Shown here piece after piece: positions 62,656 through 64,000 of a stretch of 64,000 bases of DNA (within the stretch, counting starts at the first letter, position 1; each line of letters begins with the position of its first letter). The position numbers were made by a program, and so were the translations under genes. The stretch is from the NCBI GenBank assembly GCA_963809885.1, contig CAWELA010000003.1:576123-640122 (forward strand), written 5' to 3'. The notes under the pieces were generated by a model. It was not told the DNA's origin. It saw nothing but the letters and a program-made list of their open reading frames with translations, and ran no database searches. This DNA is from an uncultured Acidimicrobiia bacterium. GTDB taxonomy: Bacteria > Actinomycetota > Acidimicrobiia > IMCC26256 > PALSA-555.

Positions 62656-62797
62656 GCGCGGGTCGCCTCGGACCGCACCCGGATCACTGCCTTCGTGCGA
62701 AGACGGAGGTCAAGCTGACCGACCGAGAAGGTCCTGTTCCCAGGCCCGGGCCTCACCGGAGTCAGGGTGTGGGCCGGAGGCTCCGTACGATGGGGGT

Positions 62798-63559
62798 GTG
62801 GTCGGGACGAATGGGGGAGCGATCCGGGGAGTCCGGGAGAGCGACATCGGATCGATCCTTGCCGTGTTCGCACACCCGGATGACGAGGCCTACCTCGCTG
62901 GGGCCCTGATGGCAGTGGCGGCAGACGCCGGCCGGCAGGTGGTCTGCGTGACCGCGACGCGCGGCGAGCTGGGGTTCGCCGACGACGATCCGCGCTCGAT
63001 CGACGAGCGCAAGGCGCTCCGCGAGGAGGAGCTCGCCGCGTGCATGGAGGTGCTGGGCGTCGAGGACCATCGCTGGCTCGACTACCCCGACGGCGGGTGC
63101 CTGGCGGTGCCGCTCGCGGAGCCGGTGGCCCGGATCAGGGCGATCGTCGAGGAGGTGCGTCCCGACTCCGTGCTCACCTTCGGTCCCGACGGCGGCACCT
63201 ACCACGGCGACCACATCAGTGTGAGCCGGTGGACCACGGTCGCGTGTCGTGCGACCGACGGAGCCCACCGGCTGCTCTTCGCGACGTATACGCCGGAGTG
63301 GGTCGAGCGGTTCACCGCGCACGTCCCGTCCGAGGAGATCATGATGCTCCCCGGTGTCGACATGGCCACGACGCCCTTCGAGCACCTCGCGCTCTACTTC
63401 AACGCCGACGACCAGCTCGCCGACCGGAAGGTGCGGGCCCTGCGGGCGCAGGCCAGCCAGATCGAGCCGCTCGTCGAGATGACCGGTGTCGACCGGTATC
63501 GGGAGCTCGTGCGCGAAGAGTTCTTCCGCGACCCGACGCTTGCCGACTGGCCGGACTGA
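62798..63559 (+). CDS. PIG-L/LmbE family deacetylase (MshB/Mca-like)
   Basis: AHPDDE, ATRGELG, R..EL, YPDG, YHGDHI, QASQ. Confidence 0.88.
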   Translation: MVGTNGGAIRGVRESDIGSILAVFAHPDDEAYLAGALMAVAADAGRQVVCVTATRGELGFADDDPRSIDERKALREEELAACMEVLGVEDHRWLDYPDGGCLAVPLAEPVARIRAIVEEVRPDSVLTFGPDGGTYHGDHISVSRWTTVACRATDGAHRLLFATYTPEWVERFTAHVPSEEIMMLPGVDMATTPFEHLALYFNADDQLADRKVRALRAQASQIEPLVEMTGVDRYRELVREEFFRDPTLADWPD

Positions 63560-63577
63560 CGCCTCCCGGTGCGTCAG
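63556..63577 (+). terminator. Possible terminator hairpin after PIG-L gene
   Basis: CTGACGC-N8-GCGTCAG at the stop codon; no U tract. Confidence 0.3.
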
Positions 63578-63673
63578 GCGACCGCCGGTCGGGGTGGGGC
63601 CGCGGAGGCTCCAGGCGACCCGCTGATCCCGGTGTCGGTCGTGGGTGTCACACCCCACGGTTAGCCTCGAACC

Positions 63674-64000
63674 ATGACCGATCGCCTGCTCCTCGACGAC
63701 CACCGGCTCGAACGGGTCGAGGTGGTGCGCGCCCATGCCGGGGCCAAGGCCTTCGTCGGCGGGCCGCTGCGAACCCGGGAGGAGCGGGAGCGCGAGCTGG
63801 CCGACGCCCTGGCGCCCGGCGCCACCCGTCCCGTCGGCGCCGGGCATCGGCAGCGGGCCGAGGAGCCGGACCCGTACCGGCTGTGCTTCGAGCGCGACCT
63901 CGACCGTGTGAAGCACTCGCGGCCGTGGCGGCGCCTCGCAGGCAAGTGCCAGGTGTTCATCGCACCCGAAGACGACCACCTCCGGACCCGCCTCACTCAC
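63674..64000 (+). CDS. dgt: Deoxyguanosinetriphosphate triphosphohydrolase (HD family), 3'-truncated by window edge
   Basis: Translated by hand (absent from the ORF track): [38 protein letters not shown]. Confidence 0.9.
   Translation, partial: MTDRLLLDDHRLERVEVVRAHAGAKAFVGGPLRTREERERELADALAPGATRPVGAGHRQRAEEPDPYRLCFERDLDRVKHSRPWRRLAGKCQVFIAPEDDHLRTRLTH

Overview
A very GC-rich bacterial chromosome segment, almost entirely core genes. Gene content and order suggest Actinomycetota, probably Acidimicrobiia (inference). Main blocks: mreC-mreD-(Tat amidohydrolase)-mrdA-rodA; radical SAM pair-rne-rplU-rpmA-obgE-proB-proA; MoxR/vWA; a large Zn-ribbon/Ser-Thr kinase/STAND ATPase/TPR/class III cyclase gene; photolyase; nadD-rsfS; a stand-alone hisH-hisF-like pair beside tRNA-Ala(GGC); leuS-comEA-comEC-folP2-holA; rpsT; lepA; sigK-rskA; hemW-CIRCE-hrcA-dnaJ-rsmE; bldD-like; phoH-ybeY-CBS protein-era; a caa3-type oxidase operon ending in a membrane cupredoxin; uppS-recO-glyQS; a J-like/RDD fusion; ppdK; and a partial dGTPase. 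Many genes, including essential ones (leuS, glyQS, rpsT, mrdA), are broken by single-base frameshifts. These are best read as assembly or long-read indel errors, so coordinates of such genes are reconstructed by eye. I saw no mobile element, prophage or CRISPR array. Strongest leads: (1) the kinase-STAND-cyclase protein, whose kinase has a WNK-like relocated catalytic lysine; (2) a HisF-like cyclase with Gln at the catalytic Asp130 position; (3) a BldD homolog with intact c-di-GMP motifs and a candidate operator; (4) a caa3 oxidase linked to a blue-copper protein; (5) an HPD-less J-domain/RDD membrane protein; (6) a Tat-exported amidohydrolase inside the elongasome cluster; (7) a structured proB-proA spacer.
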